Source: the human T2T-CHM13v2.0 reference genome, Homo sapiens
Direction: 5' to 3' (one strand)
DNA length: 64,000 bases
Assembly: GCF_009914755.1 (NCBI RefSeq)
Contig: NC_060936.1
Each line of letters starts with the position of its first letter. The first letter of the stretch is position 1. Both the position numbers and the translations under genes were made by a program. Shown here piece by piece: positions 1 through 14,339 of this stretch. The notes below the pieces were generated by a model. That model did not search any database. It saw nothing but the letters and a program-made list of their open reading frames with translations, and had not been told where the DNA came from.

Positions 1-311
1 GGAGTTTTTGGCTCTCTGATGTCAAAAGCCCCCTTCTTGGGCACTTGTTCAGGCCCATTTGAAGAGTTAGTGGTCTCAACAGGTTTGAACCGGACAGGAG
101 TTGGGTCCAGTTCCTGAAAAACTACTGAAATGACCATTACCATGATGACACATGAATGTTATCTATAAAGTAGCCAGTGAAGGTTAAGTTTCAGTGTTTA
201 GCAGTAGCCTTCAGCTACCAGGACCTTCGTCTTCATGGAAAAAGGAAAAAAGTTAAGTGACCAAAAGCAAGCAGGGCAGGTGGACCTGATCAAATTAACC
301 CCTTGATTTCA
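1..311 (-). mobile_element. ERV1-class solo LTR, 5' part (MER66/LTR19-like), cut by the window edge
   Basis: Reverse complement starts TGAAATCAAGGGGTTAATTTGATCAGGTCC and runs to GACATCAGAGAGCCAAAAACTCC, resembling recalled MER66/LTR19 LTR sequence. Confidence 0.55.
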
Positions 312-2965
312 GGAACACTGATTGTAATATAGTGCTGGGTTGCCAATTAAAGACATAAATCTATGTTTCAGGAATCAGTTCTTTTCCCTTCCCCCCACCA
401 AAGTCTGTGCTTTTCTACTGCTCTTATCTTCTAATACATATTATAATAAAGTACAGAGTGATCTGGAATTATATCTTCAAGACCCTTTCTTTTATATTAT
501 TCTACCTTAAATAACGTGGCATCTTACATTTGCAAAGGGTTTACATTTTACTTCGTTACTTGCCAATGCAAGATATATTACATTATCATTCTATATCATT
601 TTAAAACAGATTCCAAATCTCCATTCTTGAGGGAAATTTATTACCCATCATAGAATATGGAGCTGAGAAGGGGATGGTCAAGGCCCTGTACTTCCGAGGT
701 CACATGAGAGAATAGGGGTCTATATAGTCTCTGAAAGATTAGAGTTTCTTGTCTTCAATATGATCACAGAGTTTATTACTCAAATGTTTATGATCATTAT
801 GAAAACAGATGACTCACCTTATCAATGGTCCCTTTCTTTTTTCTTTTTTCTTTTTTTCACCTCAAAATGTCTACTTTTAGTTGATGGCCCCATAGATCTA
901 GGTGGTGTGGCTATACCTGTACCAAACCTAGGGGCAGAGTGAGGGTCTTGATGGTTGGTACAGTCTTTCAAGATGCATGACACAGCTTGCAAATGAGCCA
1001 GGGTCAATCTTGCTACTCCATCAAGTACCACCTTCCTTTCCCCAGGCTTGCAGAATTTGCCTTATTAAAGATATGGAATTGTTCTTCCTGCTGTTCAACC
1101 CCAAAGACCTTCTTTCTCCTTTCCTCCTCTCATTGGCCTATTACCTCCTTAATCAATTCAGGCTTTCAAAACCAAAAGTTGATAAGAGGCATTATCTTTG
1201 AACACATCTTTCTTCGGCTTTGGAACTCAAATACACTGAACCCAAAAGCTTTTACTATTTTAATGAGGGAAGAAAAAAATACAGTGAGATCAAAATGCAA
1301 ATTAGTATCTCAATAAACCACCCTACCATCCTGCTTATAGACTCAGAGAAAGGTTGTACTATATTCCACATCAACAAGATGCTACAAATCTATTCTTAGT
1401 GAGACTTCAACCTAAAATTGCCATCTGCCATCATCCTGCTGCCTCCAATAAAGGTTTTTATAATTGCTAGAGACCAGCTGGTCATTTCTCTCATTATTCA
1501 ATGCAAATATGTTATATAAAGAGAGTATAACATGAAATAACATTTCAAAATATAATGTCACATTAGAAAAAATACCAACAGAATGCATTTTTTGGCCATG
1601 GGACTAAAAACAGCTTGTTGGAACTCATTTTGTTTGTTATAACTAAGCCACTCTGGAATAATTTCTTCTTTTCCAATGTGTAATGGTTCATTTCATGCAT
1701 GGAACAACTGTAATGAAAACAGCTCTTTACTAAGTCTTTGCCTTTTGGCTTTAAATTGCAATTAAAATAACATTACTTAGATCTTAGTTGTCCTCCATCT
1801 CTACCTCTGATGCTTAGGTTGTGGTATCTATCTAAAATTCTTTGCCTCATATAGAAATATGTGAGAAGCTGAGAAAATCAATTTTAATGAAAGACAGGAT
1901 AGGAGAAAAACAGATAGGATTTTAAAAACTCAGCGATTGCAAAAAAGCTTTTAAGGAGAAGCAACAACCATCATGAAATGCTTCAATAAAGGAATTAAAG
2001 ACTTGGGAGGCAGCCAAAACATATAGTTGCAGGCAACTGACTAAAGGGTGTTAATAAATTTACATCCCATTATGGGGACAGTCAAGGTTAGGTGTTATGG
2101 CCAAACAGGAGGTGTTTGAAAATAAAACAGGCAGCTTTTACAGTATTTAAAGTGGGGGTAATGGATAATTCTGTTTTGTGGACTCTGGGACCACACAGAA
2201 ATATTCAGGAGGAGGGAAGAGCTACCTCTCCACTCCCTATCTCCACCCGCTTTTGAGATTTTTCTTCTCCTGCTCATGAAAGCCAAGCCACTAAAGCCAT
2301 GGCTTTTTAATGTCCAGAAATGCAAATCTGCTACCATTGTGATCAAACCTGGCTCTCAAATGTATTCTTTCCCATTCTCTTATTTCTCCACTGCACTATC
2401 CTTACTTAGGTCACCATCATCTGTCAATTATGTCACTGTAACAGCTCTCGATATCCTCTCCCTAACTTCAATTTACTCCCACTACTGCAAAACTCATCTA
2501 TCTAAAATGCAAATCTGAACATGTCGATTCTCCTTATTACTATTAGTTGCCCACAAAATAAAATTCAAATTCCTTAGAATATTCTATTCTTATTAATTTT
2601 TGTCTTGTTTATTTATATCTACATCTGATCTATTTTATTTTGGGAAATTCACCAGTAAATGCTACCAGTGGGATACAATGCACTGCCTCCCTCTGATAGT
2701 CTTCCAAAAAATCTTTTGTGTAATCCAGGTTCTTTTCTGTTGCTTTCCAGCAAATGCTCTGATCTACAGGGACAAGTCCCTTCATGATCTGTTACTTGCG
2801 TTTTCTCTTGAGGCTCGTTTCCTGGCACCCCCAACTCCCTCTCTATGTTTAGACCTGTCTTTCCAATCTACTTGGAGCCCACTGAATGCCTTATGTTCTC
2901 TGTTCTCCAGGTATATGAACATGCTCTTTCTTCCTCCCAGAATACCCCTTGTCTTGGCTTCTTCT

Positions 2966-3272
2966 TTTTTTTTTTTTTTATTTTTTTGAGACAGAGTCTC
3001 GCTCTGTCACCAAGGCTGGAGTGCAGTGGCACAATCTCGGCTCACTGTAAGCTCTGCCTCCAGGATTCATGCCATTCTCCTGCCTCAGCCTCCTGAGTAG
3101 CCGGGACTATAGGCTCCTGCTACCATGCCCGGCTAATTTTTTTTTTGTATTTTTAGTGGAGAGGGGGTTTCACTGTGTTAGCCAGGATGGTCTTGATCTC
3201 CTGACCTCCTGATCCACCCGCCTGGGCCTCCCAAAGTGCTGGGATTACAGGCGTGAGCCACCTCGCCCGGCC
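2966..3272 (-). mobile_element. AluY
   Basis: Full dimer with poly-T and AluY diagnostics (aagctctgcctc, gccattctcc, gtgttagccaggatgg); TSD tgtcttggctt(c/a)ttct at 2950-2965 and 3273-3288. Confidence 0.93.
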
Positions 3273-3289
3273 TGTCTTGGCTTATTCTT

Positions 3290-3573
3290 TTTTTTTTTTT
3301 TTTTTTGAGATGGAGTCTTGCTGTGTTGCCCAGGCTGGAGTGCAGTGGCGCGATCTTGGCTCACTGCAAGCTTCACATCATTCTCCTGCCTCAGCCTCCT
3401 GAGTAGCTGGGACTACAGGCGCCCGCCACCACGCCTGGCTAATTTTGTGTATTTTTAGTAGAGACAGGGTTTCACCGTGTTAGCCAGGATGGTCTCGATC
3501 TCCTGACCTCGTGATCCGCCTGCCTTGGCCTCCTAAAGTGCTGGGATTAAGGCGTGAGCCACCATGCCTGGCC
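3290..3573 (-). mobile_element. AluY with a ~13-bp internal deletion
   Basis: AluY diagnostics; lacks ccgcctcccgggt after cactgcaagct; TSD ttggcttattctt at 3277-3289 and 3574-3586. Confidence 0.93.
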
Positions 3574-3928
3574 TTGGCTTATTCTTATACATCCTTCAGT
3601 TTAGATGTTGGCTCCTTTAGGAAGCTTTGGCTAGTACTTAAAGAATGCGTTACCTCCCCTAATATGACCATGTTTTTACTTCTCTATTGACTCACAAATC
3701 ACCTACTCATCTTCTTGAAGTTTTCTTTTGACTGAAAGTTTGATAAGGATATAGACTATGCACTTTTCACTATTATTTCTCTAGTACCTAGCCCTCAAGG
3801 TGAAACATAGGAGAAACAGTAATTATTCCTCTATAAACAAATTGTCTAATTAATTTAATTGTAAGTGAGCTTGAAACATGTATATTTCCTTTTTGAGGGA
3901 TAGTAATACAATCTTGAATATTGTTTAA

Positions 3929-4051
3929 CAGGATGAGTATTTCAGTTATTCACATACCACCTTTATAACCTTAGTCTGCTCTAAATAATGGCTGTGCTGT
4001 TATCTAAGAATTTTCTTTAGATAAACATTTTTAGGAAAATAAATTTAATTT
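3929..4051 (+). mobile_element. MER113-like hAT-Charlie element, left part (split by the L1MA insertion)
   Basis: Matches the recalled MER113 start (cagg...ttcagttattcacataccacc) and continues at 9283-9498. Confidence 0.55.
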
Positions 4052-4793
4052 AAATAGTTTTTTATTTGTGCATATTTACAGGGTACATGGGAAATTTTTT
4101 ACATGTATATAATGTGTAATAATCAAATCAGGGTATTCAGGGTGTCCATCACTTGAGCATAATGCATTTTTTTTAACTATAGTCATCCTACTCTGCTATC
4201 TAGCATTGGATTTATTTTTTCTATCATATTACACATTTATACCCTTTAACCTACTTCTCTTCATTCTTCCCTGTCCCCTCACTCACCCTTCCCAGTCTCT
4301 GTTATTTATCTTTCCACCTTCTACCTCCATGTGTCCAAACTTTTTAGCTTCCTCATATAAGCGAGAATATGTGATATCTTTTTGTGCCTGGCTTATTTTA
4401 CTTAAGATAATGACCTCTACTTCCATCCATGTTACTTTAAATGACATGATTTCATTCTTTTATATGCCTGAAAAGTATTTCACTGTGTACACATGCTACA
4501 TTTTCTTTATCCATTCATCAGTTGATGAACATTTAAGTTGATTCAATATTTTTGCTATTCTGAATAGTGCTGCAATAAACATGTGAGTACAAATATCTCT
4601 ATGATATATTGATTTTTCTGTGGGTAGATACATGGTAGTGGCATTGCTAGATTGAAGAGTAATTCTATTTTTAGTTTTTTTGAGCAACCTCCATACAGTT
4701 TTCTATGATGGCTATACTAGTTTACATTCCCACCAGCAGTATACGAGAGTTATCTTTGCTCCTCTTCCTCACCAACATCTTTTTGTTTTGCCT

Positions 4794-4850
4794 ATTTATT
4801 TATTTATTTTTGTATTTTTTATTTTTTACTTTAAGTTCTGGGATACATGT
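4794..4850 (-). mobile_element. L1PA-type 3' terminal stub (poly-T plus tactttaagttctgggatacatgt)
   Basis: Matches the L1PA7-16-type 3' terminus and sits at the L1MA deletion junction. Confidence 0.7.
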
Positions 4851-5498
4851 TCTATGTGCTGGTGATAAGAATGTATCATCTGCAGCTGTTGGATAGAATG
4901 TGCTGTAAATGTCCGTTAGGTCCATTTGGTCTAAAATTCAGTGTTTTTTTTTATTATTTAATTTTCTTCTAGATGCACTGTCAAATGCAGAGAGTGAAGT
5001 ATTAAAGTCCCTCACTATTATTGTATTGAAGTCTATCTCTCTTTTTAGATCTAATAACATTTGTGTATGAATCTGAATGTTGCAGTGTTGGTGCATATAT
5101 ATTTAGAATTGTTATACCCTCTTTCTGGATTGATCACTTTTTATTATGTAATGACCTTCTTTGTCTTTTTTTTATTGTTCTTGACTTAGTCTGTATTACC
5201 TGATATAAGTATACCTACTTCTGTTCACTTTTGATTTCCATTTGCATGTAATATCTTTCATTTGCCTGTAATATCTTTCTATTCCTTTACCTTCAGTCTA
5301 TATGTGTCTTTACAGATGAGATGAGTTTCTTGTAAGTAGCATATTTTTGGATCACAATTTTCAATGCATTCAGCCATTCCATATGTTTTAAATGGAGAAT
5401 ATAATCCCTTTACATTTAAGGTCATTATTGATATATGAGGTTTTATTCCTGTCATATTGTTAATTGTTTTATGTATTCTTTGTTGCTTTCTTTTTCTT

Positions 5499-6488
<990 letters not shown>

Positions 6489-9282
6489 CTATATTGGTAC
6501 CATTTGAGTCCTTTGTCTTCCTCTTTTTTTGTGATTGATTTACCAGTGAGTCTTATAATTTCATGTGTTTTCATGTGGTAAATAGTGTCCTTTTGTTTCC
6601 AGTTTAGGATTCCTCAAGCATTTCTTTTAGGTCTGGTCTAGTGTTAACAAATTCATTCAGCATTTTCTTGTCTGGGAATGGCTTTATTTCTCCTTAATTT
6701 ATGAAGGATAATTTTGCTGGATATAGTGTTCTTGGGTGGCACTTTTTTTTTTCTTTCAGCACTTTGAATATATTATCCCGTTCTCTTCTGGCCTGTAAGG
6801 TTTCTGCTGAAAAATCTACTGTTAGTTTGATGGGGTTTCCTTTATAGGTAGCTACATGCTTTTTTCTTGCTATTTTTAGGATTCACTCTTATCTTTGACT
6901 TTAGAGAGTCTGATTATAATGCCTTGTTGAGAAGACCTTTTTTGCACTGTATCTTCCTAGGGATCATTGTGTCTCCTATATCTGAATGTCTCTATGTCTT
7001 GCTAGATCTTGAGAGTTTTCATCATTACTTTGTTAAATAGGTTTTCTAATCCTTTCTTTGTGCTTGGGGATACCAATAATTTGTAAATTCAGCCACTTTA
7101 TGTTTTCCCTAATGTTGTGAAGGCTTTTCTCTTTTTTAAAATTATTTTTTCTTTATTTCTTGTCTGACTGGATTATTTCAAAAGACCTGTGTTGAATTCT
7201 GAGACTCCTTTTTGCTGCCTGATCTCGTTTACTGTTGAAGCTTTCAAACGTATTTTGTGTTTCCTTCAGTGAATTATTCAGTTCCAGAATTTCTATTTGG
7301 TTCTTTTTAAAAATATCATATCTCTTTGGTAAATTTCCCATTTGTGTCCTGAATTATTTTTCTGACTTCTTTGAATCCTTTTTTTTTTTCTTTTTAGAAT
7401 TTTCTTGTATCTCACTGAGCTTCTTTAAAATCAATATTTTGAATGTTTATCTGGGCTTTCAAAAATTTCTTTTTGATTAAGATCTATTGAAGGAGAATTA
7501 TTGTGTTCCTTTGGAGGTATCTTTTTTTGTTTTTCATGCTTCCTGTATCTTTATGTTGATATTTCCACATCAGGTGTAACATTCACTTCTTCTCATTTTT
7601 GAATTTACTTTTGTGTGTATGTTGTGGGGGTGGGGCTTTTTCCTGAAATTGTATCTATGGTTTTGGATGGGTAGGGGGCTTTGCCTTTGATTTTGAGTGC
7701 TTGTAGTAGTGTAGTCTCTGTATGATTTATTTGGCCGTAAACTGTGTTAGTGGTATCCATGATTCCCTTGATGGGTTAGGGTGAGTTTATTAGTGGAAAC
7801 GGTGCTAAAATTGTGTTGGGGACTGGTATGCCAGCTAGGCCAGTCTTCAGACCCCAGTGGTGGCAGCAGTGGGCTACGTATGCCCAGGGTAATATATTCT
7901 GACACCTGTGTTGGTGGTTATTATAAGGCCAATTAATGGACTTCCAGTTGGCTTGCCCAGATGCCAGTAGTGGCAGCAGTGGAACTGGCAGGTGGGCAAG
8001 TTCTCAGGCCCCTGGGAAGTCAGTATGGGCAATGGCAGAAGCAGTGGCAGGATGATTCTTTGGGTCCTGAGCAGTGTTCATTGATATTGACAGTGGCTAC
8101 AATGGGCTAAGTGGGTCAGTCTCCAGGCCCATTGGTGGTGTTTATAGGTAGATGCTAGCTAAAATAGTAGCAGCCAGGAGTTTAGGTCCAATCTCAGGCC
8201 CTCAGAATGAGGGCTCAGGTATTCAAGGTGGTGAACTGAGTTGGACAATCCACAGAACCCTGGGCTATGTGCTCTGTTTTAGAGGTGGGATATAAGCCAA
8301 ACTGAATGGGCTTCTTTTTAGGCCCCCAGTGGTGAGAGCAGGCACCAGCCGTGGTGAGTGGGGGCACAACAATCCTTAGACCCTAGGTAGAGTGCTCAGG
8401 TGAGAGTCAGTAGCAGCCACACCAAGACTGTGTCACCGGAGAGAGTGGGGTCATCTTTGGTGGCCACAACTTGGGCTGACAGGTAAGCAATGTCATCCTT
8501 TTCATACCCCGGTACTGACAGGGTGTTCTCCCTTGCTCTGGTAGCAGTAGCTGGTGTCTAGCTCACACCCTGCCCTGATTGCAGGAGCCCTCACCCAGCT
8601 CCTGACTAAGTCCCATTGACAACTCATGTGTTATTCACATTTGTGTCTCAAATCCCAGCAGCACTTACTTCCCAATACTGGCCTCTACAGACCATGCCTC
8701 CCTTGTTTCTTAGGCTCAGCTGTGGGAATGCTCCTAGCTCACTTCTCTGTCCCAGAAGCAACAGCCTGAGTATCCACAATGCCTTGTCCTGGCAACACTG
8801 TGCCCCATGACAGTGTGCTGTTTACCAGAGCGTAGGCTTGAAAATACCATCTTGTTGTAGCTGCTTAGGTCTCAGAAAGCGCGTGGGACCCAGTGCGAGA
8901 TCCCTCCCTGGAGCAGTTCCATCCCATGGTCTCCTGGAAGCTCCCTATGTTACTTTCAGGGCTTGGAAGGGTTGAGGGACTCTCCCATGGGCAGGATTGC
9001 ATGATTTCATGGTAGGAATGTGGGCCATTGAAATTCTCTCATTCACACTTCCCCTACATCGGGAGATTACTCCTGGCTCCCAGCCACTCCCTGTCAGGGA
9101 GGCTGCCGTTTTCCCTTCTCCTTCTATACTTTGGTGTTTCCTGTCACTTCTATGTTGAAATCCAGTGTCGTCTCTGGGACAATGTATTTGAAGTGTGACT
9201 GTCTATACACTATTCTGGTTCTCCTAAGTGGAGAAGGCAGGCATGGAATTCTTCTAGTTAGACATCTTGCATCGCCCTCCCT

Positions 9283-9498
9283 AAAATAAGTTTATTTTTA
9301 AAGGCAACTTTATGCCATTATTATAAGTGAAAAAAGCATTATTTGCCACAAATAGTAGGTACAGATTAATGCAAATTAAAAGCAATATACAGCTATTAAA
9401 AATGTATGCATGAACATAAATAATAAACAGTGTGTTCATACTTGAAAATTTGTCTTGTGTTCAATCATTGGTGTACGTGCCACATTTTGGAATCATTG
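9283..9498 (+). mobile_element. MER113-like hAT-Charlie element, right part
   Basis: aaggcaactttatgccatt...tttgccacaaatagtaggta, ending ggtgtacgtgccacattttggaatcattg. Confidence 0.55.
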
Positions 9499-10059
9499 TT
9501 TTATATTGTAAGAATCATCTATACTCATGTTTTGAACTAATCTTTGCTCTCCATTCTTCACAGGGTTGTTATGATAAATATGGGAGATAAAATTAAACTC
9601 TTCTTATAAACTGTAAAGCTCTACACAAGGGTAATGTTCATTAGTTTTATGCTACTTCTACTGGGGCAGGTAAGTGGCTGAAAGAGTAAGACCAGGAAGA
9701 CGTCTAGAGGGTCATATTTCACTTATACAGTTGTTTGTGAATAACTCAGTTTTACTCTTAGACTTTTCAGAATCCACCAAAATTCAATGTTATTCCAGGA
9801 GTTATTTTCATGTCACTTACTCATTATCAAAGTGATTTTTCAGATTGAAGGACTGAAAATGTTTTCTCATAAACTAAGTCCCAATTTAAGTCTCAGGGAG
9901 TATGTTAGTTGGAAACAAAAAAGTTATTAGCACATTAAACTCTACCACCAATATAAACATTTAAAAGTAGAGTAAATATGTACACAAAGTAAAAGCTTAC
10001 AAAGATACCATACTTATATTAACCAAATCCTACATGATTCTACCACAAAGAAGTTTCAT

Positions 10060-10520
10060 TCCCATCTTTCTTATTCGTGTGTTCATTTTGAATGTCCTTA
10101 TTTTAATAATGTGATGAACACCCACAGACCTATTACCCAGACCAAGAGCTAGAACACTAACAAGGACTCATGTTTACTTATGTCCTTCCCTTCTTCCTTC
10201 CCCAGAGGTCACTGCCAGCTTGAATTTTATGCTTAGCATTGTCTTGCTTTCCACCCCTGTACTTTTATGACATATATATGTCTAAACGATATATTATTTA
10301 GCTTTATTTGTTTTAGAAAATTATAAAAAGGGCTTAAGGCTATATGTAGTCTTCTGGGAATTGTTTTTTACACTTGATACTGTTTTATGTTACTAAGATT
10401 AATCTGTATTTGTAGATATAGTTGCAGTCAATTATTATTTTTGTGTATGTGTGTATGTGTGTCTATAATATAAAGCACAATTTTTCTGTGGGTGGGCATC
10501 TGAATTTTTTCCAATTTTTT
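10060..10520 (-). mobile_element. Old L1 (L1ME/MD) 3' fragment
   Basis: Typical antisense L1ME phrases (tatgtagtcttctggg; gggcatctgaattttttcc). Confidence 0.55.
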
Positions 10521-10906
10521 TTCTACTCTAACTATTTTGATGTTATTGAGAAAACAAGGGTGAATCACCTACAAGCAGGCCCAATGGCCTTTCCCAGACA
10601 ACATTGAGAAAACTTGTGGTGACAGCAGCAGTGGCAACCTGAAGACCCTCACAGCTGCCCTTTGGTGTTGCCACTACCTGTGATCATTAATATGAAGTCA
10701 GTAGGTCCTTGTTACAATATGTAGCCCCTGTATTAAGAAGGTAAAGTTAGTGAAATCTAGGCTACCCTTCAGAAGAAAAAAAAATGAATATGACACTTTA
10801 TTTCTACAATCTTTACTATAAGTTAATTATTCAAAATAACAAGTTCTATATTCATTTTATTTTGGAGATCGTTTATCTCTACACAAAGGCTGGAGAAGCT
10901 ATAAAC

Positions 10907-11084
10907 CAGTAGTTGTTAATCTTTGTTGCATATTAGAATCACTTGGGGGATATTTAAGAACCTTGATGTTTGTGCCACTTTATAGAACAATTAAAGCAGA
11001 TTCTCTAGGGGTGGGACCTGGGCATCAATATTATTTTTAAAGTTCCTTATGGATCCAACATACAGCCAACATTGAGAACCAGTG
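10907..11084. mobile_element. MER5B (hAT-Charlie MITE)
   Basis: 178 bp with cagtagttg...gagaaccagtg termini; 8-bp TSD ctataaac/ctctaagc. Confidence 0.8.
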
Positions 11085-11574
11085 CTCTAAGCCACAGGAT
11101 ATAACATTTGTGCTAATCATTCATACTTCAACTGAGCAAATGCAGGCTGGCTACTTTAAATCTGAGGCAAGGAAGATGTATTTGGAAAACAATATCAAAC
11201 ATTTTTAAAAAACATAAAGTAAAAATTTAAAATCTATAACTACTTATAAAACAGGAGTCCACAAAACAGAATAGTTTACCAGAAATCATTATGATTTTCA
11301 AAGCAGCTGCTTCTACTAGAAACTTCGTTTATTTCTCTCTCTTTCTTTAATGTATATTTTGAAGTTATGCTCCTCACTCTACCACTCTAACCTTCACTGA
11401 AAAACTCTGGAAAGAACTGAAAAATGAATGACATCTAGAATTAGGATTTTCCATTGCATCTCACTTTCTTATCTTCTCAGGCTATTTTCTGCTGTCCCAC
11501 AATGTCACATAAAAAATTCTTGGAGCTAGAGCAAGATGTTTGCCCTTCCTTCAGGAAAGTTTAATCTACAATAT

Positions 11575-11710
11575 TTTATTATTCCATGTTTATTTAGTAA
11601 ACATTTGTTGAGCAGGTGCTATGTGCTATGCATTGGTCTAAGCAATGAGACTATGAAAATGAAGAAGGCATAGTATATAATTTAGTGAGGAAAATGGATT
11701 TCCATGCAAA
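11575..11710 (-). mobile_element. L2 3' end
   Basis: taaacatttgttgagcaggtgctatgtgc. Confidence 0.55.
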
Positions 11711-11719
11711 TAATTTTTT

Positions 11720-12450
11720 AAAAAATTAATTAGTTACTTAAATTTCAAAACAATGATACATTTGTTTTAAAAACCAAAAAGTATAAAAGAAGTCTCTTTT
11801 TCACCATTGTTCAGTTCATAAACAGGACCCTCCAAGATGCAGTATTATTAATTTTACATGTAACCTTCTAGATATTTTAGAATATATACAAATGAAAATA
11901 TAAATATATATTATCACCTTCCCCTTTTTTCACAAATAGTAGATTATTTAACACAGTGTTTTGCACTTTAATGTTTTTCACCTTACAATATATCTTGTAG
12001 ACCTTTCTATTTCAATACCTCCAGATTTTATTATTTCACATAGGTGGCTGGTTTTCATTGTACTAATATTCTGTAATTCATCTTTCCAACTCCTAGAGAC
12101 AAACATTCTATTTTTTTTCCAATCTTTTTCTATAACAAGTAATGCTGCAATGAAGAGTTCTGTGTCCATGCCATTTCATCATCTCATATCTGTAAAATCT
12201 AGAATAAATTCCTAGTCCTGGAATTATTTAGTCAATGACCTTGTACTTTTGATAGATCTTGACAATTTGTCATGCACTGAAGGCTGGTTTCCACACTTCT
12301 CAGCAACGTATAGACGTGCCTGTGTCTTCACATTATTGTGAACACAATATATTCATTAAAATTTGCTTTTTGTTGATTTGATGGGTGGAAAATGGTGTGG
12401 TATTAATTTGCATAACCCTGATTATGAGTGAAACTAAACAGCTTTTTATA
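11720..12450 (-). mobile_element. L1ME 3' fragment
   Basis: Degenerate ORF2 C-terminus (11978-12169 FIAALLVIEKDWK; 12333-12545 SLIIRVMQINTT). Confidence 0.65.
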
Positions 12451-14339
12451 ATTTCGGTGTTAAGTGAGGTAAAGGAGGTACTTGAACTAAGTAACAATAG
12501 AAACAGTGGAGAAGGACGATTTATTATCTTTACCCCTGAAAACAAAAACTCAACTTAAGTACAAGGAGCCTCAGCAGTTTGCTTTAGATTTTTTCTCGAA
12601 ATGCATCACCAGCTTACCAAGTAATGGTGAATGCAGGACAAGAACATGGTTTCCCATTGTTTTTTCTCCTCTAACTGTTCTACCTGATCTTTTAAAATGC
12701 ATTGCAACCTCAGCTTCTGGGTTGCTGCCTATGTTTTCTGTAAGTCTGGTTTTCCTTCAGTTTGAGTTCATGCTTGTCATCATTCAAATATTTTGGTGAC
12801 ATTTTTACTACTGCTTTTTAAATATTACTCTTAAAATTTGAATATGCCATCGCATGTTTGTCCTACAACTATAACTAAAAAAATTCTACCTTGTGTAACA
12901 TTTTAGTTTGCAACGTACTTTGTGTTATAGTATCTCATTTAAAGGTTTCAACTCCATAATTTACTTTTGAGAAATTGCCTCCATTTAAACACATAGAAAT
13001 TTGCAGGCAGTTACTTGCTGCCAGCCTCACAGATAACCCAACCTGGGGCATGTTGAAATCCACACTCTGAAATTCTAACTTCAAAGCCAGTAAGTACATT
13101 TTCTAACTAGATTGGAGATGGTTGACTGTGACAAAATACTCTTTCATTCTCCTTTGCCTCTGCCTGTCTCTGCCTCTGTATCTGCAGAGATGCTATTAGC
13201 AGCCTGGTGAGCAAAGTTACTAAATGTCTCTCATCTGCCTGATTTCCCTCTCCAGACCTTGCGCACATTGACTTTTCTCTGGGTTTAACTATCAGCACTC
13301 ATATTCCAGTTAGTTACTTAAGAGACTTACTTTGTAGGCAAGTTGGTGAACAATTGATTAAAAATTTCTTCCAGCCTTCTCCTGACCTGGTCTTTATACA
13401 AGGTTTGTTACTACAATCAGACAGATAGAATCACCTGCCTTCTCTATTGGGATATTTGTTCTTTGGTCTAAAATAAATTAACACAGCCCTGAAAGAAACC
13501 TTTTATCCCTTGGTATCCCTCATCATCACCCTTTGAAGTGTTTTTGAAAGGAGCAGTTAAATCAGAACCTTTCATGAAATTGTCAGTCTGATTCCTTGGA
13601 GGTCCAGACCTAAACAGCAGAAGCACACAAGCTGGCACACATTATTTTCCTCTGCCCAAGAGTCTTTCCTCTTAAGCATAAAAAGCTGTGTGTGGTTTCC
13701 TTCTTTGTACAAGGGCACTCTATTTTGGTCTTATCCTCCACGGCATGAACCGATAAATTCAAAAAAGACTCTGATTCAATTGAATGAAGAAACATTGGAC
13801 TACATCAGGTGCAGGGAGTGTGACCTCCCCATTATTTTTTTTTTTTTTGCCTTTTAAACTGTTCCTGTCTGGTAATATTTGGTGATTTAAAATGAATTAT
13901 CTTGGTCATCTCTCTGCAGATGCTTAAGAAACAAATCTGGCTGAGTTAACAAGTCCTGCCTTGTGACAAGTGAACCGCTCTTTGTAAGGCCAAGAAGAAA
14001 ACACTTCGGATTAATTCACTCTTTTAGGGGTAACAAGCTGACTTCAGACTTGACAGCCATAGAATATGATAAAAACATACACATGATTTCAGGGAAAGCT
14101 TATAAATAAAGCACAATTCAGGAGATTAATCTGGAAAATTCGATTAAATCCAATGCCTCCCCAAAGTTAATTCACTTCAGTTTAATAACAAATTCCATTT
14201 TTACCACCTCCAGTTTCTCTGTTTTTTACCGTTTCCTTCACAAACATATTTACTTTTTTCCCACCTGAATCTCAGTTCATTCTGTATTTTCAGAAATGCA
14301 TACATAGTCAATAAACATTTGTTGAGTTAATGATTAAAT

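Larger units (their letters stand above)
2350..3850 (+). mobile_element. L2 3' fragment interrupted by two AluY
   Basis: L2-like phrases (ctaaaatgcaaatctgaacatgtc; ctctagtacctagc...catagg) on both sides of the Alus. Confidence 0.6.
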
